DNA of 64,000 nucleotides, from assembly GCF_009914755.1 (NCBI RefSeq), contig NC_060933.1; one strand, 5' to 3'. Below the pieces are notes generated by a model that searched no databases, was not told where the DNA came from, and was given only the letters and a program-made list of their open reading frames with translations. Shown one piece after another: positions 28,501 to 43,603 of the stretch. Origin of the DNA: the human T2T-CHM13v2.0 reference genome, Homo sapiens. Position 1 is the first letter of the stretch; every line of letters begins with the position of its first letter. The position numbers were made by a program, and so were the translations under genes.

Positions 28501-31500
28501 TCCATTCCATTACAATCGAGTTGATTCCATTCCATTCCATTCCATTCCAGTCCTTTCCATTCCATTCCTCTCGGGTTGATTCCATTCTATTAGTTTCCAT
28601 TCCATTCCATTCCCTTCCATTCCACTCTGGTTGATTCCATTCCTTTCCATTCCACTCGAATACATTCCCTCCTATTCCACTCGGAACGATTCCATTCCAT
28701 TCCATTCCATTCCATTCATTTCGTTCCATTCCATTCTATTCCGTATCATTTCATTCCATTCCATTCCATTCCATTCCATTCCGTTCCATTCCATTCCATT
28801 GTACTCGGGTTGATTCAATTCCATTGCATTCCATTCCATTCCATTCCATTCCATTCCATTCCGTTGCATTCCATTCCATTACATTCGGATTGATTCTATT
28901 CAACTCCCTTACTGTCCATTACATTCCATTCCATTCGGGTTGTTCCATTCCATTCCATTCCATTCCACACCATTCCATTGCACTCGGATTGATTCCATTG
29001 CATTCCATTCCATTCCATTCCATTCCATTCCGGATGATTCCATTCCATTGCATTCCGTTCCATTACATTCCCCTGCACTCGCGTTGATTCCATTCCATTC
29101 AATTCCATTCCGTTCAATTCCATTCCATTACAATTCGTTCCATTCCATTCTATTCCGTACCATTCCATTCCATTCCATACCATTCCATTCCATTCCATGC
29201 CATTCCATTCCGTTCCATTCCGTTCCATTCCATTCCATTCCATTCTATTCGGGTTAATTCCATTCCATTCCATTCCATTCCATTCCATTCTCTTCCATTC
29301 CATTGCAATCGAGTTGAATCCATTGCATTTCATTCCATTCCATTCCATTCCATTCCGGAAGATTCCATTCCATTGCATTCCATTCCATTCCATTCCCCTG
29401 CACTCGCGTTGATTCCATTCCATTCCATTCCATTCCATTCCATTCGATTCCATTCCGTTCCGTTCCATTCCATTCCATTCCATTCCATTCCATTCCATTC
29501 CGTTCCGTTCCATTCCATTCCATTCCATTCTATTCGGGTTAATTCCATTCCATTCCATTCGATTGCAATCGAGTTGATTACATTCCATTCCATTCCATTC
29601 CATTCCTTTCCATTTCATTCCTTTCCATTCCAATACGGATGATTCCATTCCATTGCATTCCATTCCATTCCATTCCCCTGTACTCGGGTTGTTTCCATTC
29701 CATTCCATTCCAATCCATGCCATTCCACTCGTGTTGATTCCATTCTTTCCATTCCATTCAAGTTGAATCCATTCCATTGCATTCCATTCCATTTGATTCC
29801 ATTCGATTGCACTCGGGTTGATTCCATTCCATTACATTCCATTCCATTCCATTCCGTTCCGTTCCATTCCATTCCATTCCATTCCATTCCATTCCGTTCC
29901 GTTCCATTCCATTCCATTCCATTCTATTCGGGTTAATTCCATTGCATTCCAATCGATTGCCATCGAGTTGATTCCATTCCATTCCATTCCATTCCATTCC
30001 ATTCCATTCCTTTCCATTCCATTACGGATGACTCCATTCCATTGCATTCCATTCCATTCCATTCCCCTGTACTCGGGTTGATTCCATTCCTTTCCATTCC
30101 TCTCCATTCGGTTCCGTTGCATTCCATTCTATTGCATTCCATTCTATTCGGGTTAATTGCATTCCATTCTATTCCATTCCATTCCATTCCATTCCATTGC
30201 AATGGAGTTTATTCCATTCCATTCCATTCCATTCTGGATGATTCCATTCCATTGCATTCCATTCCATTCCATTCCCCTGCACTCGTGTTGATTCCATTCC
30301 CTTCCATTCCATTCCATTCCGTTCCATTCCATTCCATTCCATTCTATTCCGGTTAATTCCATTCCATTCCATTCCATTCCATTCCATTCCATTCCATTGC
30401 AATCGAGTTGTTTCCATTCCATTCCTTTCCATTCCATTCCATTGCCTTGCATTCCACTCGGGTTGATTCCATTCCCTTCTTTCCACTCCATTACATTCCC
30501 TTCCATTCCACTCGGAATGATTGATTCCATTCCATTCCATTCCATTTCATTCCATTGCAATCCATTCCAATCCATTCCATTCCATTCCATTCCACTCGAG
30601 TTGACTTCATTCCATTCCTTTCCATTCCATTCCATTCCTTTCCACTCGAGTTGATTCCATTCCATTCCAATCCATTGCATTCCATTCCATGCCATTCCAC
30701 TCGGGTTGATTCCATTCCTTTGCATTCCATTCCATTCCATTCCATTGCATTCCATTCCATTCCATTCAGTTGCATTCCATTCCATTACATTCGGATTGAT
30801 TCTATTCAACTCCCTTACTCTCCATTACATTCCATTCCATTCGGGTTGTTCCATTCCATTCCATTCCATTCCATTCCGTTCCATTCCATTCCATTCCATT
30901 CCATTCTATTCGGGTTAATTCCATTCCATTCCATTCGATTGCAATCGTGTTGATTCCATTCCATTCCATTCCATTCCATTCCATTCCATTCCATTCCATT
31001 CCATTACGGATGATTCCATTCCATTGCATTCCATTCCATTCCATTCCCCTGTACTCGGGTTGATTCCATTCCATTGCATTCCAATCCATGCCCTTCCACT
31101 CGTGTTGATTCCATTCTTTCCATTCCATTCAAGTTGAATCCATTCCATTGCATTCCATTCCATTCGATTCCATTCGATTGCACTCGGGTTGATTCCATTC
31201 CATTGCATTCCATTCCATTCCATTCCATTCCATTCCGTTCCATTACATTACATTACATTCGAATTGATTCTATTCAATTCCCTTACACTCCATTACATTC
31301 CATTCCATTCGGGTAGTTTCCATTCCTTTCCATTCCATTCCTCTCCATTCCATTGCACTCGGGTTGATACCATTCCATTGCATTCCATTCCATTCCATTC
31401 AATTCCATTCCGTTCCATTCCATTCCATTACATTCGGATTGATTCTATTCAACTCCCTTACTCTCCATTACATTCCATTCCGTTCGGGTTGCTCCATTGC

Positions 31501-34500
31501 ATTCCATTCCATTCCACTCCATTCCATTGCACTCGGGTTTATTCCATTCCATTCCCTTCCATTCCATTCCATTCCATTCCGGAAGATTCCATTCCATTGC
31601 ATTCCATTCCATTCCATTCCCCTTCTCTCGCGTTGATTCCATTCCATTCCATTCCATTCCATTCCAATCCATTCCATTCCTTTCCGTTGCATTCCATTCC
31701 ATTCCATTCCATTCCATTCCATTCCATTCCATTCCGTACCGTTCCATTCCATTCCATTCCATTCCATTCTATTCGGGTTAATTCCATTCCATTCCATTCG
31801 ATTGCAATCGAGTTGATTCCATTCCATTCCATTCCATTCCATTCCATTCCCTTCCATTCCTTTCCTTTCCATTACGGATGATTCCATTCCATTGCATTCC
31901 ATTCCATTCCATTCCCCTGTACTCGGGTTGATTCCATTCCATTCCATTCCAATCCATGCCATTCCACTCGTGTTGATTCCATTCTTTCCGTTCCATTCAA
32001 GTTGAATCCATTCCATTGCATTCCATTCCATTCCATTCCCCTGCAGTCGGGTTGATTCCATTCCATTCCATTCCATTCCATTCCATTCCATTCCATTCCG
32101 TTCCGTTCCGTTCCGTTCTCTTCCATTCCATTCCATTCTATTCGGGTTAATTCTATTCCATTCCATTCCATTCCATTCCAATCGAGTTGATTCCATTCCA
32201 TTCCATTCCATTCCATTCCACTCCATTCCAGTCCTTTCCATTCCATTCGACTCGGGTTGATTCCAATGTATTCCTTTCCATTCCATTCCCTTCCATTGCA
32301 ATCGAGTTGATTCCATTGCTTTGCATTCCATTCCATTCCATTCCATTCCGGATGATTCCATTCCATTGCATTGATTCCATTCAATTCCCCTGCACTCGGG
32401 TTGATTCCATTCCATTCCACTCCATTCCGTTCCATTCCATTCCATTCCATTGTATTCGGGTTAATTCCATTCCATTCCATTCCATTCCATTCCATTCCAT
32501 TTCATTCCATTCCATTACAATCGAGTTGATTCCATTCCATTCCATTCCATTCCATTCCATTCCATTCCAGTCCTTTCCATTCCATTCCACTCGGGTTGAT
32601 TCCATTCTATTAGTTTCCATTCCATTCCATTCCCTTCCATTCCACTCTGGTTGATTCCATTCCTTTCCATTCCACTCGAATACATTCCCTCCTATTCCAC
32701 TCGGAACGATTCCATTCCTTTCCATTCCATTCCATTCCATTCCATTCCAGTTCGTTCCATTCCGTTCTATTCCGTACCATTCCATTCCATTCCATTCCTT
32801 TCCATTCCATTCCTTTCCACTCGTGTTGATTCCATTCCTTTCCATTCCATTCGGTTTGAAGGCATTCCTTTCCATTCAAATCCATTCCATTCCATTCCAT
32901 TCCATTCCATTCTATTCCATTCCATTGCAATCGAGTTGAATCCATTGCCTTTCATTCCATTCCATTCCATTCCATTAAGGAAGATTCCATTCCATTGCAT
33001 TCCATTCCATTCCATTCCCCTGCACTTGCGTTGATTCCATTCCATTCCATTCCATTCCATTCCGTTCTGTTCCATTCCATTCCATTCCATTCCGTTCCGT
33101 TCCATTCCATTCCATTCCATTCTATTCGGGTTAATTCTATTCCATTCCATTCGATTGCCATCGAGTTGATTCCTTTCCATTCCATTCCATTCCATTCCAT
33201 TCCATTCCATTCCATTCCTTTCCATTCCATTACGGATGACTCCATTCCATTGCATTCCATTCCATTCCATTCCCCTGTACTCGGGTTGATTCCATTCCAT
33301 TCCATTCCACTGCATTCGGTTCCGTTGCATTCCATTCTATTGCATTCCATCTATTCGGGTTAATTCCATTCCATTCTATTCCATTCCATTCCATTCCATT
33401 CCATTGCAATGGAGTTGATTCCATTCCATTCCATTCCATTCCGGATGATTCCATTCCATTGCATTCCATTCCATTCCATTCCCCTGCACTCGTGTTGATT
33501 CCATTCCCTTCCATTCCATTGCATTCCGTTCCATTCCATTCCATTCCATTCTATTCCGGTTAATTCCATTCCATTCCATTCCATTCCATTCCATTCCATT
33601 CCATTCCATTGCAATCGAGTTGATTCCATTCCATTCCTTTCCATTCCATTCCATTGTCTTGCATTCCACTCGGATTGATTACATTCCCTTCTTTCCACTC
33701 CATTACATTCCCTTCCATGATTGATTCCATTCCATTCCATTCCATTGCAATCCATTCCAATCCATTTCATTCCATTCCATTCCACTCGAGTTGACTTCAT
33801 TCCATTCCTTTCCATTCCATTCCATTCCTTTCCACTCGAGTTGATTCCATTCCATTCCAATCCATTGCATTCCATTCCATGCAATTCCACTCGGGTTGAT
33901 TCCATTCCTTTGCATTCCATTCCATTCCATTCCATTCCATTCCATTCCGTTGCATTCCATTCCATTACATTCGGATTGATTCTATTCAACTCCCTTACTC
34001 TCCATTACATTCCATTCCATTCGGGTTGTTCCATTCCATTCCATTCCATTCCACTCCATTCCATTGCACTCGGATTGATTCCATTCCATTCCATTCCATT
34101 CCATTCCATTCCATTCCATTCCATTCCATTCCGGATGATTCCATTCCATTGCATTCCGTTCCATTGCATTCCCCTGCACTCGCGTTGATTCCATTCCATT
34201 CCATTCCATTCCTTTCAATTCCACTGCATTACAATTCGTTCCATTCCATTCTATTCCGTACCATTCCATTCCATTCCATACCATTCCATTCCATTCCATT
34301 CCATTCCCTTCCGTTCCATTCCGTTCCATTCCATTCCATTCTATTCGGGTTAATTCCATTCCATTCTATTCCATTCCATTCTATTCCATTCCATTGCAAT
34401 CGAGTTGAATCGACTGCATTTCATTCCATTCCATTCCATTCCATTCCATTCCGGAATATTCCATTCCATTGCATTCCATTCCATTCCATTCCCCTGCACT

Positions 34501-34709
34501 CGCGTTGATTCCATTCCATTCCATTCCATTCCATTCCATTCCGTTCCGTTCCGTTCCGTTCCATTCCATTCCATTCCATTCCATTCCATTCCGTTCCGTT
34601 CCATTCCATTCCATTCCATTCCATTCTATTTGGGTTAATTCCATTCCATTCCATTCGATTGCAATCGTGTTGATTCCATTCCATTCCATTCCATTCCATT
34701 CCATTCCAT

Positions 34710-37700
34710 TCCATTCTTTCCATTCCATTCAAGTGGAATCCATTCCATTGCATTCCATTCCATTCCATTCCCCTGCAGTCGGGTTGATTCCATTCCATTC
34801 CATTCCATTCCATTCCATTCCGTTCCGTTCCGTTCCGTTCCATTCCATTCCATTCCATTCTATTCGGGTTAATTCCATTCCATTCCATTCCATTCCATTC
34901 CATTCCAATCGAGTTGATTCCATTCCATTCCATTCCATTCCATCCCACTCCATTCCAGTCCTTTCCATTCCATTCCACTCGGGTTGATTCCAATGTATTC
35001 CTTTCCATTCCATTGCATTCCATTGCAATCGAGTTGATTCCATTGCTTTGCATTCCATTCCATTCCATTCCATTCCGGATGATTCCATTCCATTGCATTC
35101 CATTCCATTCCATTCCCCTGCACTCGGGTTGATTCTATTCCATTCCATTCCGTTCCGTTCCATTCCATTCCATTCCATTCTATTCGGGTTAATTCCATTC
35201 CATTCCATTCGATTGCAATCGTGTTGATTCCATTCCATTCCATTCCATTCCATTCCATCCCATTCCATTCCTTTCCATTCCATTACGGATGATTCCATTC
35301 CATTGCATTCCATTCCATTCCATTCCCCTGTACTCGGGTTGATTCCATTCCATTGCATTCCAATCCATGCCCTTCCACTCGTGTACATTCCATTCTTTCC
35401 ATTCCATTCAAGTTGAATCCATTCCATTGCATTCCATTCCATTCGATTCCATTCGATTGCACTCGGGTTGATTCCATTCCATTGCATTCCATTCCATTCA
35501 ATTCCGTTCCATTCCATTCCATTCCATTCGGATTGATTCTATTCAATTCCCTTACACTCCATTACATTCCATTCCATTCGGGTAGTTTCCATTCCATTCC
35601 ATTCCATTCCTCTCCTTTCCATTGCACTCGGGTTGATTCCATTCCATTGCATTCCATTCCATTCCATTCAATTCCATTCCGTTTCATTCCATTCCATTAC
35701 ATTCTGATTGATTCTATTCAACTCCCTTACTCTCCATTACATTCCATTCCATTCGGGCTGTTCCATTCCATTCCATTCCATTCCACTCCATTCCATTGCA
35801 CTCGGGTTTATTCCATTCCATTCCATTCCATTCCATTCCATTCCGGAAGATTCCATTCCATTGCATTCCATTCCATTCCATTCCCCTGCACTCGCGTTGA
35901 TTCCATTCCATTCCATTCCATTCCATTCCATTCCTTTCCGTTCCATTCCATTGCATTCCATTCCATTCCATTCCATTCCATTCCATTCCGTTCCGTTCCG
36001 TTCCATTCCATTCCATTCCATTCTATTCGGGTTAATTCCATTCCATTCCATTCGTTTGCAATCGAGTTGATTCCATTCCATTCCATTCCATTCCATTCCA
36101 TTCCATTCCATTCCATTCCTTTCCATTCCATAACGGATGATTCCATTCCATTGCATTCCATTCCATTCCATTCCCCTGTACTCGGGTTCATTCCATTCCA
36201 TTCCATTCCAATCCATGCCATTCCACTCGTTTTCATTCCATTCTTTCCATTCCATTCAAGTTGAATCCATTCCATTGCATACCATTCCATTCCATTCCCC
36301 TGCAGTCGGGTTGATTCCATTCCATTCCATTCCATTCCATTCCATTCCGTTCCGTTCCGTTCCGTTCCGTTCCATTCCATTCCATTACATTCTATTCGGG
36401 TTAATTCCATTCCATTCCATTCCATTCCATTCCATTCCATTCCAATCGAGTTGATTCCATTCCATTCCATTCCATTCCATTCCACTCCATTCCAGTCCTT
36501 TCCATTCCATTCCACTCGGGTTGATTCCAATGTATTCCTTTCCATTCCATTCCATTCCATTGCAATCGAGTTGATTCCATTGCTTTGCATTCCATTCCAT
36601 TCCATTCCATTCCGGATGATTCTATTCCATTGCATTCCATTCCATTCCATTCCCCTGCACTCGGGTTGATTCCATTCCATTCCACTCCATTCCGTTCCAT
36701 TCCATTCCATTCCATTGTATTCGTGTTAATTCCATTCCATTCCTTTCCATTCCATTCCATTCCATTAAATTCCTTTACAATCGAGTTGATTCCATTCCAT
36801 TCCATTCCATGCCATTCCATTCCAGTCCTTTCCATTCCATTCCACTCGGGGTGATTCCATTCTATTAGTTTCCATTCCATTCCATTCCCTTCCATTCCAC
36901 TCTGGTTGATTCCATTCCTTTCCATTCCACTCGAATACATTCCCTCCTATTCCACTCGGAACGATTCCAATCCTTTCCATTCCATTCCATTCCATTCCAT
37001 TCCATTTCGTTCCATTCCATTCTATTCCGTATCATTCCATTCCATTCCATTCCATTCCAATCGTGTTGATTCCATTCATTTCCATTCCATTCGATTTGAA
37101 GGCATTCCATTCCATTCCATTCCATTCCATTCCATTCCATTCCATTGTACTCGGGTTGATTGCATTCCATTGCATTCCATTCCATTCTATTCCGTTGCAT
37201 TCCATTCCATTACATTCGGATTGATTCTATTCAACTCCCTTACTCTCCATTACATTCCACTGCATTCGGGTTGTTCCATTCCATTCCATTCCATTCCACT
37301 CCATTCCATTGCACTCGGGTTGATTCCATTCCATTCCATTCCATTCCATTCCATTCCATTCCATTCCAGATGATTCCATTCCATTGCATTCCATTCCATT
37401 CCATTCCCCTGCACTCGCGTTGATTCCATTCCATTCCATTCCATTCCATTCCATTCCATTCCATTGCATTCCATTCCATTCCTTTCCGTTCCATTCCATT
37501 CCATTCCATTCCATTCCGTTCCGTTCCGTTCCGTTCCATTCCATTCCATTCCATTCTATTCGGGTTAATTCCATTCCATTCCATTCGACTGCAATCGAGT
37601 TGATTCCATTCCATTCCATTCCATTCCATTCCATTCCATTCCATTCTTTCCATTCCATTCAAGTTGAATCCATTCCATTGCATTCCATTCCATTCCATTC

Positions 37701-39450
37701 CCCTGCACTCGGGTTGATTCCATTCCATTCCATTACATTACATTCCGTTCCATTCCATTCCATTCCATTCGGATTGATTCTATTCAATTCCCTTACACTC
37801 CATTACATTCCATTCCATTCGGGTAGTTTCCATTCCATTCCATTCCATTCCTCTCCATTCCATTGCACTCGGGTTGATTCCATTCCATTCCATTCCATTC
37901 CATTCGATTACATTACATTCCATTCCATTCCGTTCCATTGTACTCGGGTTGATTCCATTCCATTGCATTCCATTCCATTCCATTCCATTCCATTCCATTC
38001 CGTTCCATTCCATTACATTCGGATTGATTCTATTCAACTCCCTTACTCTCCATTACATTCCATTCCATTCGGGTTGTTCCATTCCATTCCATTCCATTCC
38101 CCTCCATTCCATTGTGCTCGGTTTGATTCCATTCCATTCCATTCCATTCCATTCCATTCCATTCCATTCCATTCCGGAAGATTCCATTCCATTGTATTCC
38201 ATTCCATTCCATTACCCTGCACTCGCGTTGATTCCATTCCATTCCATTCTATTCCATTCCATTCCCTTCCTTTCCGTTCCATTCCATTCCATTCCATTCC
38301 ATTCCATTCCTTTCCGTTCCGTTCCATTCCATTCCATTCCATTCCATTCCGGATGATTCCATTCCATTGCATTCCGTTCCATTACATTCCCCTGCACTCG
38401 GCTTGATTCCATTCCATTCCATTCCATTCCATTCGATTCCATTCCATTCCAATTCTTTCCATTCCATTCTATTCCGTACCATGCCATTCCATTCCATACA
38501 ATTCCATTCCATTCCATTCCACTCCGTTCCGTTCCGTTCCGTTCCATTCCATTCCATTCCATTCTATTCGGGTTAATTCCATTCCATTCCATTCGATTGC
38601 AATCGAGTTGATTCCATTCCATTCCATTCCATTCCATTCCATTCCATTCCATTCCTTTCCATTCCATTACGGATGATTCCATTCCATTGCATTCCATTCC
38701 ATTCCATTCCCCTATACTCGGGTTGATTCCATTCCATTCCATTCCAATCCATGCCATTCCACTCGTGTTGATTCCATTCTTTCCATTCCATTCAAGTTGA
38801 ATCCATTCCATTGCATTCCTTTCCATTCGATTCCATTCGATTGCACTCGGGTTGATTCCATTCCATTGCATTCCATTCCATTCCATTCCATTCCATTTCA
38901 TTCCATTCCGTTCCATTCCATTCCATTACATTCGGATTGATTCTATTCAATTCCCTTACACTCCATTACATTCCATTCCATTCGGGTAGTTTCCATTCCA
39001 TTCCATTCCATTCTTCTCCATTCCATTGAACTCGGGTTGATTCCATTCCATTGCATTCCATTCCATTGCATTCCATTCCATTCCCTTCCATTCCATTCCA
39101 TTACATTCGGATTGACTCTATTCAACTCCCTTACTCTCGATTACATTCCATTCCATTCGGGTTGTTCCATTCCATTCCATTCCATTCCACTCCATTCCAT
39201 TGCACTCGGGTTTATTCCATTCCATTCCATTCCATTCCATTCCATTCCGGAAGATTCCATTCCATTGCATTCCATTCCATTCCATTCCCCTGCACTCGCG
39301 TTGATTCCATTCCATTCCATTCCATTCCATTCCATTCCTTTCCATTCCATTCCTTTCCGTTCCATTCCATTCCATTCCATTCCATTCCATTCCATTCCAT
39401 TCCGTTCCGTTCCGTTCCATTCCATTCCATTCCATTCTATTCGGGTTAAT
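34710..39450 (+). repeat. Extra copy (X2) of the ~4.75 kb block also at ~23035-27790 (X1) and ~44065-48810 (X3)
   Basis: Private words AAGTGGAATCC, CGTGTACATTCC, CCATAACGGATG, ATTAAATTCCTTTAC, GTGCTCGGTTTG and CCCCTATACTCG occur in all three. Offsets: X1-X2 11664-11679, X2-X3 ~9355. Confidence 0.9.
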
Positions 39451-42400
39451 TCCATTCCATTCCATTCCATTCCATTCCATTCCAATCGAGTTGATTCCAT
39501 TCCATTCCATTCCATTCCATCCCACTCCATTCCAGTCCATTGCATTCCATTCCATTCCCCTGTACTCGGGTTGATTCCATTCCATTCCATTCCAATCCAT
39601 GTCATTCCACTCGTGTTGATTCCATTCCTTCCATTCCATTCAAGTTGAATCCATTCCATTGCATTCCATTCCATTCGATTCCATTCGATTGCACTCGGGT
39701 TGATTCCATTCCATTGCATTCCATTCCATTCCATTCCATTCCATTCCATTCCATTCCATTCCGTTCCATTCCATCCCATTACATTCGGATTGATTCTATT
39801 CAATTCCCTTACACTCCATTATATTCCATTCCATTCGGGTAGTTTCCATTCCATTCCATTCCATTCCTCTCCATTTCATTGAACTCGGGTTGATTCCATT
39901 CCATTCCATTCCATACCATTCCGGAAGATTCCATTCCATTGCATTCCATTCCATTCCATTCCCCTGCACTCGCGTTGATTCCATTCCATTCCATTCCATT
40001 CCATTCCATTCCATTCAGTTCCGTTCCGTTCCGTTCCATTCCATTCCATTCCATTCCATTCCATTCCATTCCGTTCCGTTCCATTCCATTCCATTCCATT
40101 CTATTTGGGTTAATTCCATTCCATTCCATTCGATTGCAATCGAGTTGATTCCATTCCATTCCATTCCATTCCTTTCCATTCCATTCCATTCCATTACAAT
40201 TCGTTCCATTCCATTCTATTCCGTACCATTCCATTCTATTCCATACCATTCCATTCCATTCCATTCCATTCCATTCCATTCCATTCCATTCCATTCCTTT
40301 CTATTCCATTACGGATTATTCCATTCCATTGTATTCCATTCCATTCCATTCCCCTGCACTCGTGTTGATTCCATTCCATTCCATTGTATTCCATTCCATT
40401 CCCTACCTTTGCGTTCCATTCCATTCCATTCCATTCCATTCCGTTCCGTTCCATTCCATTGCATTCCATTCTATTCGGGTTAATTCCATTCCATTCCATT
40501 CGATTGCAATCGAGTTGATTCCATTCCATTCCATTCCATTACATTCCATTCCATTCCTTTCCATTCCATTACGGATGATTCCATTCCATTGCATTCCATT
40601 CCATTCCATTCCCCTGTACTCGGGTTGATTCCATTCCATTCCATTCCAATCCATGTCATTCCACTCGTGTTGATTCCATTCTTTCCATTCCATTCAAGTT
40701 GAATCCATTCCATTGCATTGCATTCCATTCGATTCCATTCGATTGCACTCGGGTTGATTCCATTCCATTCCATTCCATTCCATTCCATTCCATTCCGTTC
40801 CATTCCATTCCATTACATTCGGATTGATTCTATTCAATTCCCTTACACTCCATTACATTCTATTCCATTCCGGTAGTTTCCATTCCATTCCATTCCATTC
40901 CTCTCCATTCCATTGCACTCGGGTTGATTCCATTCCATTGCATTCCATTCCATTCCATTCAATTCCATTCCGTTCCATTCCATTCCATTTCATTCGGATT
41001 GATTCTATTCAACTCCCTTACTCTACATTACATTCCATTCGATTCGGGCTGTTCCATTCCATTCCATTCCATTCCACTCCATTCCATTGCACTCGGGTTT
41101 ATTCCATTCCATTCCATTCCATTCCATTCCATTCCATTCCATTCCGGAAGATTCCATTCCATTGCATTCCATTCCATTCCATTCCCCTGCACTCACGTTG
41201 ATTCCATTCCATTCCATTCCATTCCATTCCATTCCATTGCATTCCATTCCATTCCATTCCTTTCCGTTCCATTCCATTCCATTCCATTCCATTCCATTCC
41301 GTTCCGTTCCATTCCATTCCATTCCATTCTATTCGGGTTAATTCCATTCCATTCCTTTCGATTGCAATCGAGTTGATTCCATTCCATTCCATTCCATTCC
41401 ATTCCATTCCATTCCTTTCCATTCCATTACGGATGATTCCATTCCATTGCATTCCATTCCATTCCATTCCCCTGTACTCGGGTTCATTCCATTCCATTCC
41501 ATTCCAATCCATGCCATTTCACTCGTGTTGATTCCATTCTTTCCATTCAATTCATGTTGAATCCATTCCATTGCATTCCATTCCATTCCATTTCCCTGCA
41601 GTCGGGTTGATTCCATTCCATTCCATTCCATTCCATTCCATTCCATTCCGTTCCGTTCCGTTCCATGCCATTCCATTCCATTCTATTCGGGTTAATTCCA
41701 TTCCATTCCATTCCATTCCATTCCATTCCATTCCAATCGAGTTCATTCCATTCCATGCCATTCCATTCCATTCCATTCCACTCCATTCCAGTCCTTTCCA
41801 TTCCATTCCACTCGGGTTGATTCCAATGTATTCCTTTCCATTCCATTCCATTCCATTGCAATCGAGTTGATTCCATTGCTTTGCATTCCATTCCATTCCA
41901 TTCCATTCCGGATGATTCCATTCCATTGCATTCCATTCCATTCCACTCCCCTGCACTCGGGTTGATTCCATTCCATTCCACTCCATTCCGTTACTTTCCA
42001 TTCCATTCCATTGTATTCGGGTTAATTCCATTCCATTCCATTCAATTCCATTCCATTCCATTCCATTACAATCGAGTTGATTCCATTCCATTCCATTCCA
42101 TTCCAGTCCTTTCCATTCCATTCCAATCGGGTTGATTCCATTCTATTAGTTTCCATTCCATTCCATTCACTTCCATTCCACTCTGGTTGATTCCATTCCT
42201 TTCCATTCCACTCGAATACATTCCCTCCTATTCCACTCGGAAAGATTCCATTCCATTCCATTCCATTCCATTCCATTCCATTCCATTCCATTTCGTTCCA
42301 TTCCATTCTATTCCGTGTCATTCCATTCCATTCCATTCCATTCCATTCCATTCCATTCCACTCGTGTTGATTCCATTCCTTTCCATTCCATTCGGTTTGA

Positions 42401-43348
42401 AGGCATTCCATTCCATTCCATTCCATTCCATTCCATTCCATTCCATTGTACTCTGGTTGATTGCATTCCATTGCATTCCATTCCATTCCATTCCGTTGCA
42501 TTCCATTCCATTACATTCGGATTGATTCTATTCAACTCCCTTACATTCCATTACATTCCATTCCATTCGTGTTGTTCCATTCCATTCCATTCCATTCCAC
42601 TCCATTCCATTGCACTCGGGTTGATTTCATTCCATTCCATTCCATTCCATTCCATTCCATTCCGGATGATTCCATTCCATTGCATTCCGTTCCATTACAT
42701 TCCCCTGCACTCGCGTTGATTGCATTCCATTCCATTCAATTCCATTCCATTACAATTCGTTACATTCCATTCTATTCCGTACCATTCCATTCCATTCCAT
42801 ACCATTCCATTCCATTCCATTCCATTCCATTCCGTTCCATTCCGTTCCATTGCATTCCATTCCATTCTATTCGTGTTCATTCCATTCCATTCCATTCCAT
42901 TCTATTCCATTCCATTTCAATCGAGTTGAATCCATTGCATTTCTTTCCATTCCATTCCATTCCATTCCATTCCGGAAGATTCCATTCCATTGCATTCCAT
43001 TCCATTCCATTCCCCTGCACTCGCGTTGATTCCATTCCATTCCATTCCATTCCATTCCGTTCCGTTCCATTCCATTCCATTCCATTCCATTCCATTCCAT
43101 TCCGTTCCTTTCCATTCCATTCCATTCCATTCTATTCGGGTTAATTCCATTCCATTCCATTCGATTGCAATCGAGTTGATTCCATTCCATTGCATTCCAT
43201 TCCAATCGATTCCATTCGATTGCACTCGGGTTGGTTCCATTCCATTGCATTCCATTCCATTCCATTCCACTCCATTCCGTTCCATTCCTTTCCATTACAT
43301 TCGGATTGATTCTATTCAATTCCCTTACACTCCATTACATTCCATTCC

Positions 43349-43603
43349 ATTCGGGTAGTTTCCACTCCATTCCATTCCATTTCTCTCCATTCCATTGCAC
43401 TCGGGTTGATTCCATTCCATTGCATTCCATTCCATTCGGGTAGTTTCCACTCCATTCCATTCCATTCCTCTCCATTCCATTGCACTCGGGTTGATTCCAT
43501 TCCATTGCATTCCATTCCATTCCGGTACTTTCCACTCCATTCCATTCCATTCCTCTCCATTCCATTGCACTTGGGTTGATTCCATTCCATTGCATTCCAT
43601 TCC
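43349..43603 (+). repeat. 3 x 85-bp subrepeat (copy B counterpart)
   Basis: Same sequence as 22315-22569 at offset 21034. Confidence 0.85.

Larger units (their letters stand above)
7599..28857 (+). repeat. ~21.26 kb macro-repeat, copy A
   Basis: Matching pseudo-ORFs at near-constant offsets to copy B: 7637/28896 (21259), 8899/30153, 10633/31872 (21239), 12121/33360, 18531/39700 (21169), 19770/40824 (21054), 22197/43231 (21034), 26548/47567 (21019). Confidence 0.9.
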
